From the IMG/VR virus record IMGVR_UViG_2541047596_000003: DNA of 64,000 nucleotides, one strand, 5' to 3'. Shown in pieces: positions 22,052 through 32,268 of this stretch. A model generated the notes under the pieces. It was not told the origin of the DNA. It saw nothing but the letters and a program-made list of their open reading frames with translations, and made no database searches. The position numbers were made by a program, and so were the translations under genes. The DNA comes from a virus (lineage: Duplodnaviria; Heunggongvirae; Uroviricota; Caudoviricetes). The stretch's first letter is position 1. Each line of letters begins with the position of its first letter.

Positions 22052-24394
22052 TTATTTGCGGCGAGGTTGCAACATTCCGCCTGGTCTTTGAGATTCCCTT
22101 GTTATCATTTTCATGGCTACACGTTCCATTGTTAATTCAAGTCTGCGGCTGTCTTCGTCGCTGAATCCGTTCGTGGTCTGAATGCTGATACTGACAGGCA
22201 TACTAATACCGCCACCGCCGCCAATATCACGGCCCGGAATAACTCTGCCGTTCTCGCCAGGGATCATATATTGATTGCCGTTAGATGTCTGGAATAGCTC
22301 CGGCCTGTTGTGTTCCCCTACGCGGTACATATTACCACCAATGACGCTACCACCATTAAAGCGACCGCCGCCGAAAATTGACGTAGCCAGCGACATGATC
22401 GCAGTGAGCGCCGCCGAACCAGCCGCCGCCCAGCTACCGCCAGTTGACGCCGCAGTTGCCGCCGCTGCTGGGGCCGCCGCCGCAGCAATGCTTCCCTGAG
22501 CTGCTACCGCGCTTGCTGTTGTACTTGTTTGCGTGGCCTTGCTTTGTGTCTCCATCATGATCTGATCTGCTATCCAGTTTGCAGCTATGTCTGAGAGTCT
22601 GTTACCGATATTGCCGAGTATATTGCTTCCTAAGTTAGCAAAAACATCACTCAATGATTGAGTGCCGTTTAACAGGCCAACAAGTGCATTGCTCATACCA
22701 CCTTTAAGGCCATTAACGCAATCACCGATAAGGCTGTTTGTGTCGCTTTGCGCCTGCCATTGCTCCCACTTCAGATCGCGGATCTGTTGCTCATAGGCTA
22801 ACAGTTCCTGTTTCTGTTGCGCTTCCGTCACGCCCAGGTCGATAAGCATTTGCTTACGGACGGCCCATTCATTTTGAACCTGCTGAATAGGGTCTACTTC
22901 GCCCTTTAGCTGATCCATCGGGCTTACTATTTGCTCCCATTTGTCGCGCAATTCCTCTACCGGAATTTGTGCTAATTCTTCCTTTAGTTCCTTACCTATC
23001 CCTTTTTGCGCGGCGCGGTACTCAAGGAGAGTGATTTTACCCTGGGCGAATGCAGCATCAATGGCCTTGCCGCTCTCTAACGCTTTGCGCATAGCGGCGG
23101 CGTCTTTGTTGTACTGGTCAGAAACGCTTATACCTTTATCGCCAAGACGATCAGCTTCAGATTTCTTCTCTTTTTTCTGTTTTTTCGGTTTGTCTACTGG
23201 CTTGTCGAATCCGGTAATCGCTCCGTCATTGGCGGCATTCTGTTCATTTTTCCTTGCTTCTTCTGTAGCCTGGATTGCTGCGGTCAGATCATCCTGTAGT
23301 TGCATGACCTTGCCAACGGTCTTACCGTATTTCTTCTCGTAGTTGCTGTTATATTCGTCGGTTTGCTCTCCTACGACCTCCTTCATCCATTTGTAGGCAT
23401 CCATTAGTGCCTTGATTGGCGTCACCATTGCGATGATCTTCTCGGCTACCTCGCCAGCCTTGATTCTGACATCTTCAAACATGTCGATGAATTCGCCACC
23501 AGCCGTCTTCAGGGTGTTAAAGCAGGTTTTAGCGAAATCAGCGCCTTCACCTAAAGCCTTAACACCTTTCGTTACAAGATCGATACCAGCAACAACCGTA
23601 TCGGATACACCGAAAAGATCATCCAATTGCTCAATAAGTCCCATAACCTCGACTTTAAGCTCATTCAGGGCCATGCCGGATGTGCGCGGCAACTGCGCAA
23701 ACTTCTCGTTTGTTTCCTGCGTAGCCGCCTGGATTGCGTTAACCATCCTTTCTGCCGTGATCTTACCGTCCAGCATTTCGGCGCGGAATTGGCCCATTGA
23801 TAACCCCATCTGGCGTGCCATTGTCTGTACGATGGTCGGGGTGTTTTCTAACAGGCTGTTGAATTCTTCAGCACGCAACACGCCACCGTCGATAGACTGA
23901 CGGAATTGACGCATTGAGTTTGACATCTGCTCCGCTGACGCGCCGCCCAACGCCCCCATTTTCTGAATCGTACCTACCAGGTTAAGCAATTGCCCTTCAG
24001 TGGCGGACGTGTTCTTCAGTGAGATAGCTAAGCCTTGCCACAGATCCCCGGTATCCTTCATGCTTTGGCCTGTTTCTTTTGATATTGCTTTCAGGCCATC
24101 AAAAACCCGTCCGGCGGACTCCGCATCGCCCGTAAGCATTTTGATTTTTACGCGAAGCATTTTTGCTTGCTCCGCCATATCCATAAATTGACGCACGGCC
24201 TCCGCAGCAATTAGCAAATGGATAACCCTGGTCAGTGCCTTGATGGATGTTTTCAGGGTGTTTACCTGGCGGTCAGCCTGTTTTGCGCCGCGCTCTATAC
24301 GCCCAAAGGCCTGGTCTGCCTGTCGTTGTGCAACGAGAAGTTGACCAGTTTTCGCATCAACTTCGTAATAAATTGTACCTACACTGGTAGCCAT
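22052..24394 (-). CDS. Tail tape measure protein (780 aa)
   Basis: Long Ala/Gly/Gln-rich alpha-helical protein, position upstream of M-L-K-I-J. Confidence 0.8.
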   Translation of the reverse strand: MATSVGTIYYEVDAKTGQLLVAQRQADQAFGRIERGAKQADRQVNTLKTSIKALTRVIHLLIAAEAVRQFMDMAEQAKMLRVKIKMLTGDAESAGRVFDGLKAISKETGQSMKDTGDLWQGLAISLKNTSATEGQLLNLVGTIQKMGALGGASAEQMSNSMRQFRQSIDGGVLRAEEFNSLLENTPTIVQTMARQMGLSMGQFRAEMLDGKITAERMVNAIQAATQETNEKFAQLPRTSGMALNELKVEVMGLIEQLDDLFGVSDTVVAGIDLVTKGVKALGEGADFAKTCFNTLKTAGGEFIDMFEDVRIKAGEVAEKIIAMVTPIKALMDAYKWMKEVVGEQTDEYNSNYEKKYGKTVGKVMQLQDDLTAAIQATEEARKNEQNAANDGAITGFDKPVDKPKKQKKEKKSEADRLGDKGISVSDQYNKDAAAMRKALESGKAIDAAFAQGKITLLEYRAAQKGIGKELKEELAQIPVEELRDKWEQIVSPMDQLKGEVDPIQQVQNEWAVRKQMLIDLGVTEAQQKQELLAYEQQIRDLKWEQWQAQSDTNSLIGDCVNGLKGGMSNALVGLLNGTQSLSDVFANLGSNILGNIGNRLSDIAANWIADQIMMETQSKATQTSTTASAVAAQGSIAAAAAPAAAATAASTGGSWAAAGSAALTAIMSLATSIFGGGRFNGGSVIGGNMYRVGEHNRPELFQTSNGNQYMIPGENGRVIPGRDIGGGGGISMPVSISIQTTNGFSDEDSRRLELTMERVAMKMITRESQRPGGMLQPRRK

Positions 24395-24521
24395 GATTTA
24401 ACCTCATGCAAAAATGTGATCTGTGTATCTATTTTATACAAAATGGCTTTACTTCAACGACTCCATTTTGTATAAAGAAGCCAAAGGGAATGGTCAGTAA
24501 ATCAAGTTAGCGTGGTGGGTT

Positions 24522-25181
24522 ATGAAACGGTTAGCAAAAGTGGCAATGATTGCGGCGGTATTGGGTCTGGTTGGTTGCAATGAGGATAATGAAAAAGCGC
24601 CTATAGTGACCACTCAAGAACAACAAGCATTAGCAGAGAAAAATGCTAAATGGCTTGCAGAACAACAAGCAAAACAAGCCGCATATGAGGCACAGTTAGC
24701 AAAAGAAAAAGCTGGTAAACAGTGGCTTGTGGTCGAAAGAAAAGATGATATGCAGGACACAAAAAACGTGTTCCTTTTCGTGAAAGCAGAACATTTCAGC
24801 GGAAGTCTTGATGCTTTCCCTACACTGAAAGCACGGGATGAAAACAAACCTGTATTAACAATCGCTTGCCAGGGTAATAAAACAAAAATGTTCGTAGCAT
24901 GGTCAAACCATGTAACTGACGCTGGGGACACTACTTATATTAACTACCGGATCGGCGATCACAAAGCTGTAGCTACTGAATGGAGTCGGTCAACTAACTA
25001 TAAAGCTCTTGGATTATGGAACGGCAAAAAAGCCATTCCAATGATTAAAAAACTGGTTAACGAAAAACAATTTATCATTGAAGTAGTGCCGGAAGCTGGC
25101 GACATTGAGAAAGCAGTGTTTAACATTGATGGTCTTTATAACCACATCGACAAAGTGAAAAACGCTTGCAACTGGAATTAA
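24522..25181 (+). CDS. Lipoprotein, moron (219 aa)
   Basis: Lipobox LVGC after signal peptide MKRLAKVAMIAAVLG; opposite strand between tape measure and tail chaperone genes. Confidence 0.6.
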   Translation: MKRLAKVAMIAAVLGLVGCNEDNEKAPIVTTQEQQALAEKNAKWLAEQQAKQAAYEAQLAKEKAGKQWLVVERKDDMQDTKNVFLFVKAEHFSGSLDAFPTLKARDENKPVLTIACQGNKTKMFVAWSNHVTDAGDTTYINYRIGDHKAVATEWSRSTNYKALGLWNGKKAIPMIKKLVNEKQFIIEVVPEAGDIEKAVFNIDGLYNHIDKVKNACNWN

Positions 25182-25190
25182 GGGTGAAAC

Positions 25191-25511
25191 ATGAAACGCG
25201 ATGAATGGATGAGAAAATGGGAACATAAACAAGTAGCATATAATCGCAAGATGAACCGCGAATTTGACTTCGGTGTCGCAGAGCGTGATTGTGGGTATAA
25301 AGGAAATCTAAATGGTGCATATGTTCAACATGTTGGCGATAAACAGTATTATTACATTGTCAACTTCAACCATGTATTGCACGCAGATCTGGTTGTTATT
25401 GATGGGAAAACAAAAATAGTAGCGAATAAACGCATTAATAAGAACGCAGCAATCAATATATTAACAGTGATTCGCACCCAGATGAATGTGCTTTACGAAA
25501 AAATAGCATAA
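25191..25511 (+). CDS. Hypothetical protein, moron partner (106 aa)
   Basis: ORF 10 nt downstream of lipoprotein gene; followed by terminator. Confidence 0.45.
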   Translation: MKRDEWMRKWEHKQVAYNRKMNREFDFGVAERDCGYKGNLNGAYVQHVGDKQYYYIVNFNHVLHADLVVIDGKTKIVANKRINKNAAINILTVIRTQMNVLYEKIA

Positions 25512-25527
25512 GCGAACTTAACAAAAA

Positions 25528-25544
25528 CGCCCGGATCTACCGGG
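25528..25544. terminator. Bidirectional terminator
   Basis: GCCCGGATCTACCGGGC hairpin followed by TTTTT. Confidence 0.55.
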
Positions 25545-26223
25545 CTTTTTCTTGCTCGCGATTTTTCATTCTTTTTAGTATCTCCATAGCACCATTCATT
25601 CCATCGTCATAAGCCTTTTTATCCAGCAATACATTTGGGCGTTTTTGTTTGTTTCTTGCTTCTGGCGGCGTTTTAGCGCGTACAACGGCCCTATATCCGG
25701 TCATTGTCATATTCCATGCTTCTGATTCTGATAACCCCAGGTGAGCTACGGCAGAATAAACGAATTCCAGCACGTTAAAAGTCGGCTTATATTCCCCTTC
25801 CCGGATCTCTCCGGCGTCTTCTTCTGGCCCGTCACCGATTAAACCGTGGTACATGCAATGTTGTGCCAGCGTGATAACGTCACTGGTCGGCATCAGTCCG
25901 GGTTTTAGTCGTAACTTGCCGGAAGAAGTTAACCTACATTCACCCAATAACGGGGCTATTTCGTCGTCTGAGCAACATTTCAGGATGCGCATTGACGTTT
26001 GTACTATCTCACCATAACACCGCGCCATAATGCGATTGCGGAGGCCTGGATCTGTAGGCAATCGTGATGGGTATTTGCTGCCGTGGATAAGTGCGAAATA
26101 TTCGACAAGCTCACTATCGTTGCCGATTTTAGCCATCGCAGCAAAGCAAGGATTAAACTCATAGCGCTTACCGTTCACCACAGCCGCAAATTGTCCTGTA
26201 CGAACATGGATCATAGTATTCAC
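25537..26223 (-). CDS. Putative tail assembly chaperone (G/GT position)
   Basis: Position between major tail protein and tape measure; no motif recognised. Confidence 0.35.
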   Translation of the reverse strand: MNTMIHVRTGQFAAVVNGKRYEFNPCFAAMAKIGNDSELVEYFALIHGSKYPSRLPTDPGLRNRIMARCYGEIVQTSMRILKCCSDDEIAPLLGECRLTSSGKLRLKPGLMPTSDVITLAQHCMYHGLIGDGPEEDAGEIREGEYKPTFNVLEFVYSAVAHLGLSESEAWNMTMTGYRAVVRAKTPPEARNKQKRPNVLLDKKAYDDGMNGAMEILKRMKNREQEKAR

Positions 26224-26235
26224 CTTAAAAGAAAA

Positions 26236-26251
26236 GGGGCCAAATGGCCCC
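26236..26251 (-). terminator. Terminator after major tail protein gene
   Basis: GGGGCCAAATGGCCCC hairpin followed by T-rich run on the minus strand. Confidence 0.45.
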
Positions 26252-26269
26252 GATTGTTAATATTGGCTG

Positions 26270-26746
26270 TTATGCTGGCGGAACGTCGCCTACCGTTACC
26301 TTGCCAGCGCTTTCGCACTCAATGGACCAGGTGGAAACATCATCGTGTGGATCTTCTTCTTTAAAGGAAGTGCAAAGGAATGGGCCTTCAGTTACGTCTA
26401 CAGGAGAAACGATCTTCAGCCATACATAAGGTTGTGATCCGGTGGTTTCACCTGGCGTAATTACGTGGCGTTTCAGCGCTTTCTGATTATGGATTTCTTC
26501 AGTGCGGGACACACCGTCGCCGGAGAAAGAAACGGATTTGTAAGTAACCATTGATTCTTTCGTGTAATCGGCTGATTTATCGGCGGTGGCGTCAGCGGTT
26601 TCCCATTCAACGGAAAGTGTTTTACCACGCATCATGCCTAACGCTTTGTACGCTCCAGTTTCCGGCTTCGCATTTGGACAAGCGATAGCGAAGAATACAG
26701 CAACGTCACGGCCTGTAAACGTGCCTTTTTCGCAAGTCTGAGACAT
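26270..26746 (-). CDS. Putative major tail protein (158 aa)
   Basis: Position; own downstream terminator, typical of a highly expressed structural gene. Confidence 0.45.
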   Translation of the reverse strand: MSQTCEKGTFTGRDVAVFFAIACPNAKPETGAYKALGMMRGKTLSVEWETADATADKSADYTKESMVTYKSVSFSGDGVSRTEEIHNQKALKRHVITPGETTGSQPYVWLKIVSPVDVTEGPFLCTSFKEEDPHDDVSTWSIECESAGKVTVGDVPPA

Positions 26747-26759
26747 GTTAATTTACCTC

Positions 26760-27146
26760 TTATCTTGATATGATGGTTTGAAAAGCTACGGTAAAAATAA
26801 AGCGCCCTTCTCTTGTCTGCATTGCAGGGATAGCGCCAACTGGCTTCATGTGTGTAATTTTATCAGTTTTATATTCTGTTAACATACTTTGACGGATGGC
26901 ATCGGCAAGGTCTTCCACTTCACTGATATTTGTATCATTACGCGCTGAAATAACCAGAATGCGGAAATAATCACGGGTTATTGCTTCTTCACCAGCCGCG
27001 CCGCCGTTTTGCTGGATTACGATGTATCTGTCATTATTCGAATTGCTCCGCTCATTCCAGAAACGGGCCTGCAAAATATAGCCCTCATCGTATCCGTGGG
27101 ATTGAATCCAATCCCTTATTTCGTCGTATACTTCGCTGCGCTTCAT
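26760..27146 (-). CDS. Putative tail terminator/completion protein
   Basis: Position in head-tail joining cluster; overlapping start-stop with neighbour. Confidence 0.35.
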   Translation of the reverse strand: MKRSEVYDEIRDWIQSHGYDEGYILQARFWNERSNSNNDRYIVIQQNGGAAGEEAITRDYFRILVISARNDTNISEVEDLADAIRQSMLTEYKTDKITHMKPVGAIPAMQTREGRFIFTVAFQTIISR

Positions 27147-27607
27147 GTTTTGTAACCTTCTACAATCTCTTTATAAATATCGTCGGCGTTGTTTGGATCT
27201 TCGAATGCCTTGCGCAAGAATTCCGGCTCCGCGTTTGGGTCCCAATATTTACCTTTGCCAGTACCGCCGCCGAACTCAATTACCTGTTTCGGCCCGAAAT
27301 CTGAAAGGTTATTTGTTTTCCCGAAATGTTCACGCGGCTGGCCTTTTAATGTGCCTGGCATATTGTGCACCCATTCAGCGTAACGGGCTGTATATCCCAG
27401 CCGTAACTGCATACCCTCCGCCGTGTTACCTATATATTGAAATTGGCTGTTAATTAAAAAACCCGTATCAACTGGTGTCATGTTTGCCGCAAAGCCACCA
27501 GCCAGCATACCGACGCGCCATAAAACTTCGTGCGTCTTTTTATCGGTGATTTCCTTTAGCTCCTGCTTTAATCTCTCACGGACGCGTTTAACTCCCCTGA
27601 TAGGCAT
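27143..27607 (-). CDS. Putative head-tail joining protein
   Basis: Position; translational coupling. Confidence 0.35.
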   Translation of the reverse strand: MPIRGVKRVRERLKQELKEITDKKTHEVLWRVGMLAGGFAANMTPVDTGFLINSQFQYIGNTAEGMQLRLGYTARYAEWVHNMPGTLKGQPREHFGKTNNLSDFGPKQVIEFGGGTGKGKYWDPNAEPEFLRKAFEDPNNADDIYKEIVEGYKT

Positions 27608-27609
27608 GA

Positions 27610-27999
27610 TTAACCCCCTGTCACGATCTTATAATCCGGCGTGTCGTTAAACATGCTCATATCCCATTCAACGATCCCGGTTATAACGTTGGCCCCAGCC
27701 GCAAGCGGGTCGGCAATAGCAGTAGTGTCACCAGTGGCAAGCATCCATCCTTTTTCCGGGCGCTGTACTGGCTGCATCTTGTGAAGCAGTTCGGTATATA
27801 CGGTTATTGTGTTGCTCACCTCGTTGCCGTTTGCGTCTGTTGCAGTTCCGTCAGTACGCTCCCATGCACAATCTACCAGGTATGGCGTACCGTATACATC
27901 GGAGTTTGTCCAGTCGTCACGCGTTACGGGGTAAATGGTGGCTAACGCCTTGTAAGTAAATCTCGATAGCTTACTCATAGCCGTAACTCCATTTAACAA
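27610..27999 (-). CDS. Putative head closure/adaptor protein
   Basis: Position. Confidence 0.35.
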   Translation of the reverse strand: MLNGVTAMSKLSRFTYKALATIYPVTRDDWTNSDVYGTPYLVDCAWERTDGTATDANGNEVSNTITVYTELLHKMQPVQRPEKGWMLATGDTTAIADPLAAGANVITGIVEWDMSMFNDTPDYKIVTGG

Positions 28000-28158
28000 T
28001 TTTCGGATGAGTTTTCGCCACGCGCGGGCAAAGAATTACCCATAAGCCAGCATCATTGAGGTAGGCCGCCACCTGGCGTCCGCTATCCGTTTTAACCCAC
28101 ACGCGGGTAAATGGTTTCGGCAATACTGGATTTGGTAATGTCAGGTCGTTCCACATTG

Positions 28159-28545
28159 TCACATCCTCCTGCTCTTACCAATCCACAGCCCGGCGTGCGC
28201 GGTGTTTTCTGGATCTGCTGGAATCAGTTCGGCTGTACAGTGATGTTTATCAATGGAGTAAAGCAACGAATAGGCCGCCTTCCATCGTTTGTTGAAATCG
28301 ACATAGCGGTATGACTGACTCGCACCGTTCGGCCCAGTCTGCGAGGAAACGTATTTATCAGCCTGGCTTAGTCCTAACAGGCCAATCAGATAAAGCTGAA
28401 TCAATGTTGCAGTGGAGGCCGGATAGTTGGCATCAAGGCATTCATTAACGCTATTTGCCTGCTCCACCAGCAAAGATAAGATAATGTCTGGCAGGTCAAT
28501 ACCCTGGCTTTCAAGATATTCCCGCGCCTGTTCTGTAGTGACCAT
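28159..28545 (-). CDS. Putative head-tail connector protein
   Basis: Position; start moved to internal ATG because a terminator hairpin overlaps the longer ORF. Confidence 0.35.
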   Translation of the reverse strand: MVTTEQAREYLESQGIDLPDIILSLLVEQANSVNECLDANYPASTATLIQLYLIGLLGLSQADKYVSSQTGPNGASQSYRYVDFNKRWKAAYSLLYSIDKHHCTAELIPADPENTAHAGLWIGKSRRM

Positions 28546-28572
28546 TTTGTTTGCTCCACATACAAAAAAAAT

Positions 28573-28591
28573 CCCCGGCATCGCGCCGGGG
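28573..28591 (-). terminator. Terminator after major capsid gene
   Basis: CCCCGGCATCGCGCCGGGG hairpin followed by T8 on the minus strand. Confidence 0.5.
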
Positions 28592-28610
28592 AGTTACAGG
28601 AAATACGAAA

Positions 28611-29663
28611 TTATTTGTGACCGTAAACAACACCGGAACGGCCCAGCATGTCGCAGGTGATTTGTAAGCCTTCGGCAGACATGATTTTGAAGTTGTAGTT
28701 ATCGGTAGGCATGGTGCGCGGCAGAGGCACTACGCCAGTAGTCATACCAACCAGCGGGGTAATGACGTTGCGGCGGCGTTGATAGGCAATGAACTCGTTG
28801 CCTTTCAGTGCATAGGTCTGACGGATTTCTTTAACCGGAATGAACGGTTTAACGATATTCAGAACACTGCCTACGACAGTCCCGTTTGCAATGTGCGGCG
28901 CTGCCAGGTTAGCCATAATTTCAGGTGACACCCACATGAGATCATACTGGTCAACGCGGTTGTTGCGGGCCATAACACCGAATGCACCAGTGGTGAAGAA
29001 TTTGATGAGAGCATCGAATCCGTCAGTGGTGAGATCTTCGGAGGTCATGACTAGTTTCTGGGTATTGCGGTGATTTTTAATACCCTGGCCAGGTTTACCG
29101 TTGACGTTGATTTTTGCGTTACCGTTAAGGTAATAATCAACGCGGGCCTTGTTGAATTTTTGCAGTTTCAGGCGCTGGCTATCCAGTGCAAGGTCAATAC
29201 CAACAGTTTTCAGACCTTCGGAATGACGCCAGCTGACACCGTAACCCGCTGCGAACATCGGGATCGGGTCGCCATCGCTGCCATATTCAGTGTGATCGAA
29301 GCCATGCGGGGCTTGACCATCGATACTAACGACAACTTCATCGTTAATATCACCGGATACGCTGTACATTTTCTCGGTTTTACCGATTGGCAATACGGTT
29401 TGCACAGCCATCAAATCGTTTACGATTTCAATACCAGTCTCTTCGGTGCTCATTTCGATAATCTGGTTATCGACAGCTTTCCAGAACTCCTGATCGAAGC
29501 CGCCAACGGCATTACATGCCAGGATGTCAGCGGTCATGTTTGCCATATTTGCGGCAATAAGAGCGCCGTCCTGATCATTGAACATGTTGCGCTGCGCCCA
29601 AAGGTGATCCCACTGGGCACGAATGCGGCTGTTGGTAGCAAGGTTGTGTTTATTAAACAACAT
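28611..29663 (-). CDS. Putative major capsid protein (350 aa)
   Basis: Size and position downstream of scaffold-like gene; strong terminator immediately after. Confidence 0.55.
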   Translation of the reverse strand: MLFNKHNLATNSRIRAQWDHLWAQRNMFNDQDGALIAANMANMTADILACNAVGGFDQEFWKAVDNQIIEMSTEETGIEIVNDLMAVQTVLPIGKTEKMYSVSGDINDEVVVSIDGQAPHGFDHTEYGSDGDPIPMFAAGYGVSWRHSEGLKTVGIDLALDSQRLKLQKFNKARVDYYLNGNAKINVNGKPGQGIKNHRNTQKLVMTSEDLTTDGFDALIKFFTTGAFGVMARNNRVDQYDLMWVSPEIMANLAAPHIANGTVVGSVLNIVKPFIPVKEIRQTYALKGNEFIAYQRRRNVITPLVGMTTGVVPLPRTMPTDNYNFKIMSAEGLQITCDMLGRSGVVYGHK

Positions 29664-29682
29664 AGTTTTTCACCTCTTATTA

Positions 29683-30084
29683 TTATGCAACGCGGACACG
29701 TACAAAATCAGCCGCTTCAAGGGTTACAGTTTCCTGGCAGAAAGCGAAAACAGGTTCATCAGATGTAACCAATTTAAAGCCACCTTCACCAATGGTGATG
29801 GCAGCGTCTTTGGTGTAAGCACCTTCAGGAAGCAGAATCGCAAATTCACGTCCTTCTTCTGCGTAGTCAGCAACCACGGAATGACCAACCGGGATCGCAT
29901 CTTCAATGCCTAAACCTTCATGGTATGCCGGGTTAACAACATAAATACGTCCTGTGGTATCAGTTGCGGCAGCGAATTTACCAGACGCCATTTTTACCGG
30001 AGTACCCGGCTTAAGTGCTGCGGCAGATACTGCTGTTTCAGTAACGGATTTGCCGTCAATATTTACACGACGAAAACGGGCCAT
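29683..30084 (-). CDS. Putative head decoration/structural protein (133 aa)
   Basis: Position between scaffold-like and capsid genes. Confidence 0.35.
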   Translation of the reverse strand: MARFRRVNIDGKSVTETAVSAAALKPGTPVKMASGKFAAATDTTGRIYVVNPAYHEGLGIEDAIPVGHSVVADYAEEGREFAILLPEGAYTKDAAITIGEGGFKLVTSDEPVFAFCQETVTLEAADFVRVRVA

Positions 30085-30094
30085 AATTCACCTC

Positions 30095-31381
30095 TTATGC
30101 GAAATAGTTGTTAATGTCAGGGGTGGCAGGTTTATTTCCACCAGCGGCTGAGTTTGCTGCCATTGGTGCTGCTTTACCCAGGGATTTAAACATTGCGTCT
30201 AACGCTTCACCACTTAATGCGTTAGCAACAATTTCGCCGTGTACTTTTGCTACTGCGGCGCGTTTTTCTGCTTCTTCTTTATTTGCGTTTGCTGCGATCT
30301 CTTCTTTAATCGCTTTCTGATTGGTCTGTAATTCTTCAACGCTTGCCTGTACTGGTTTTAATGCCTCTGCTACTGCATTAGCGATATTGGCGGATAAGCC
30401 TTCGTTAATTTCTTTTACCAGTTCGGCGCGTTCTTCTTTGGTCAAAGGCATGGGATCGTCCTCCGATTTATTGGCCTTAATTTTTTCATTCAGGGAGAAA
30501 AGATTAGAAAGGTGTTCAGCGAACTGCGTAAACCAGGATTTACTTTCCTCGTTGGTTGCAAGCTCGCCATTATTGAGAATAATTTTATCAGCCTGTTTTT
30601 CATATGCGCAAACTTGAGCACTTTCTGTATTAGTGGCGATCGTCACTTCTTTATCAGTGAAGTCCACCACATACACGTAATCGGCATCAGGAAATAATTC
30701 ACGCGCCGCGTCGGTTAATTGTTTCTCAAGCGTACGGTAACTGTTTTCTTTCATTGCCACCGCCATTAACGGTTTCGCCTGGTCAGTATTAACCATCAAC
30801 CCTACACCCTGTTCAGGTGATGCGGCTGGCGGCTCATGCAGCAAAATAGCGTCATGGTCGATCGACATAATTTTTACTACATGGTCAGCGCCCTGGGCTT
30901 TCATCTCTTCAGTAGCTGGCATACGCTGACGATATACAGCGACGGACGACCAGATAGGATCTTTGCTTTCTCCTTTCTCCAGTGCTTCCAGTCGGGTTAA
31001 TAATTCACGCCCCTGTTCTGAATGGCTGGCTGTTTCAATATCCACCCATTTTTCCACATAAACACGATTGCCGCGTAATTCAACGTTTCTGTTCCACGCT
31101 CCACAAAACCCGGTGTTCAATCCTTCCGGGCTAAATGCGGAAACAAATTTACCGTCAACGGTAGGATGACCCAGCGGGGCGAGTGTCCCCTCCAGTGACT
31201 GGTAATTAGCGATAATTTCAGCTTCCGGGTAATATTCACGATTCATAACGATATTGAATGGCAGCGTATATGATGGCACAACAATGTGCTCGCGTCCGTT
31301 ATAAGTTTCCCGGCGTATGGTATTAGCGGTTAATTTGGTATTAACCTGAATCAGTTCTTTACTCACGGTTTTTACTCCCAA
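30095..31381 (-). CDS. Putative scaffold / prohead core protein (428 aa)
   Basis: Position; C-terminal half is a charged coiled-coil typical of scaffolds. Confidence 0.4.
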   Translation of the reverse strand: MGVKTVSKELIQVNTKLTANTIRRETYNGREHIVVPSYTLPFNIVMNREYYPEAEIIANYQSLEGTLAPLGHPTVDGKFVSAFSPEGLNTGFCGAWNRNVELRGNRVYVEKWVDIETASHSEQGRELLTRLEALEKGESKDPIWSSVAVYRQRMPATEEMKAQGADHVVKIMSIDHDAILLHEPPAASPEQGVGLMVNTDQAKPLMAVAMKENSYRTLEKQLTDAARELFPDADYVYVVDFTDKEVTIATNTESAQVCAYEKQADKIILNNGELATNEESKSWFTQFAEHLSNLFSLNEKIKANKSEDDPMPLTKEERAELVKEINEGLSANIANAVAEALKPVQASVEELQTNQKAIKEEIAANANKEEAEKRAAVAKVHGEIVANALSGEALDAMFKSLGKAAPMAANSAAGGNKPATPDINNYFA

Positions 31382-32268
31382 TCTTCGCCATATTTAGCGT
31401 GCGCAACTTTATAGTTTTCTTGCGCCCGATCTAATATTCGTTCGTTTAATATGTTACCGTCTTCGTCAACTAATACGGTAATCGTGCTACATTTGCAGTT
31501 AATTGAATTAGGGGATCTACTCCACCATTCGCGCTGCTCATCTATGGTGTATGTTTTACCGTGCCGCTGCGCGTGCGATAGCCTGGTAGTCGGTGATAAT
31601 GCCGAAATGTGCATTTGCATAGTGCGCAGATTAAATTCTTCTGTCGCCGCTTCTGCCTCATCCATACGCGCTGTGCGTAACGCTGTGCATATTTCAGTTC
31701 GAGCAATACGTTTACACCTGTATAGCGGTAATTGCGTCTCCTGATTCAATGTGCGCGCTATTTCCAGTGGGTTTAAACCACGGGCCATGCCTTCAGTTAA
31801 TCGCCGGGCCATATCCTTTTTGATCTGTGCGGTCAGCCCGCGCATTTCCTCAAATACACGGGTACGGACCAGAGCAAGGCGTGTTCGGTAAGTTGTACTG
31901 GATAACACGGCAGATACATCAGGGTAGGCGCTTGAGTACGTGACAGACTGGTTAGCAAGGTTGGCATGTTCCTGTGCCGTGCCGCGCTGATAGGCCACCT
32001 TCACGTAATTCTGCCAGAACCAGAAGTTTTCCGGGTCTGTTAGCTCGAATATCTCATCAATCATGTCGCTGGCATCCTCCAGCATGTCGTGAAATTCATC
32101 CATGTAAATCTGAAAGGTGTATTTCTTATTAACAGCCAGGCTATATTGTATCCTGTCCAATATGGCGATATATGGATCGGCTACTTTTTTCAGGCAGGAT
32201 TTGAAACGCTTAATAGCGCCAGACCTCAACCTCCCTGTCATGGTCGGGTCTTCGGTGTTAGATGGCAT
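31372..32268 (-). CDS. Head morphogenesis / minor head protein (Mu F/SPP1 gp7-like)
   Basis: Position immediately after portal; start taken at internal ATG to limit overlap. Confidence 0.5.
   Translation of the reverse strand: MPSNTEDPTMTGRLRSGAIKRFKSCLKKVADPYIAILDRIQYSLAVNKKYTFQIYMDEFHDMLEDASDMIDEIFELTDPENFWFWQNYVKVAYQRGTAQEHANLANQSVTYSSAYPDVSAVLSSTTYRTRLALVRTRVFEEMRGLTAQIKKDMARRLTEGMARGLNPLEIARTLNQETQLPLYRCKRIARTEICTALRTARMDEAEAATEEFNLRTMQMHISALSPTTRLSHAQRHGKTYTIDEQREWWSRSPNSINCKCSTITVLVDEDGNILNERILDRAQENYKVAHAKYGEDWE

Noticed and set aside
22275-24191. Plus-strand ORFs (74-162 aa) inside the tape-measure gene
   Set aside because: Antisense to a long, well-supported structural gene; Ala/Ser/Pro-rich translations typical of antisense reading of GC-rich helical coding sequence.
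25537-26223. Searched for a programmed -1 frameshift (G/GT-like slippery site) in the tail chaperone gene
   Set aside because: Could not identify a convincing slippery heptamer followed by an extended alternative frame by eye; left as a single ORF with low-confidence function.
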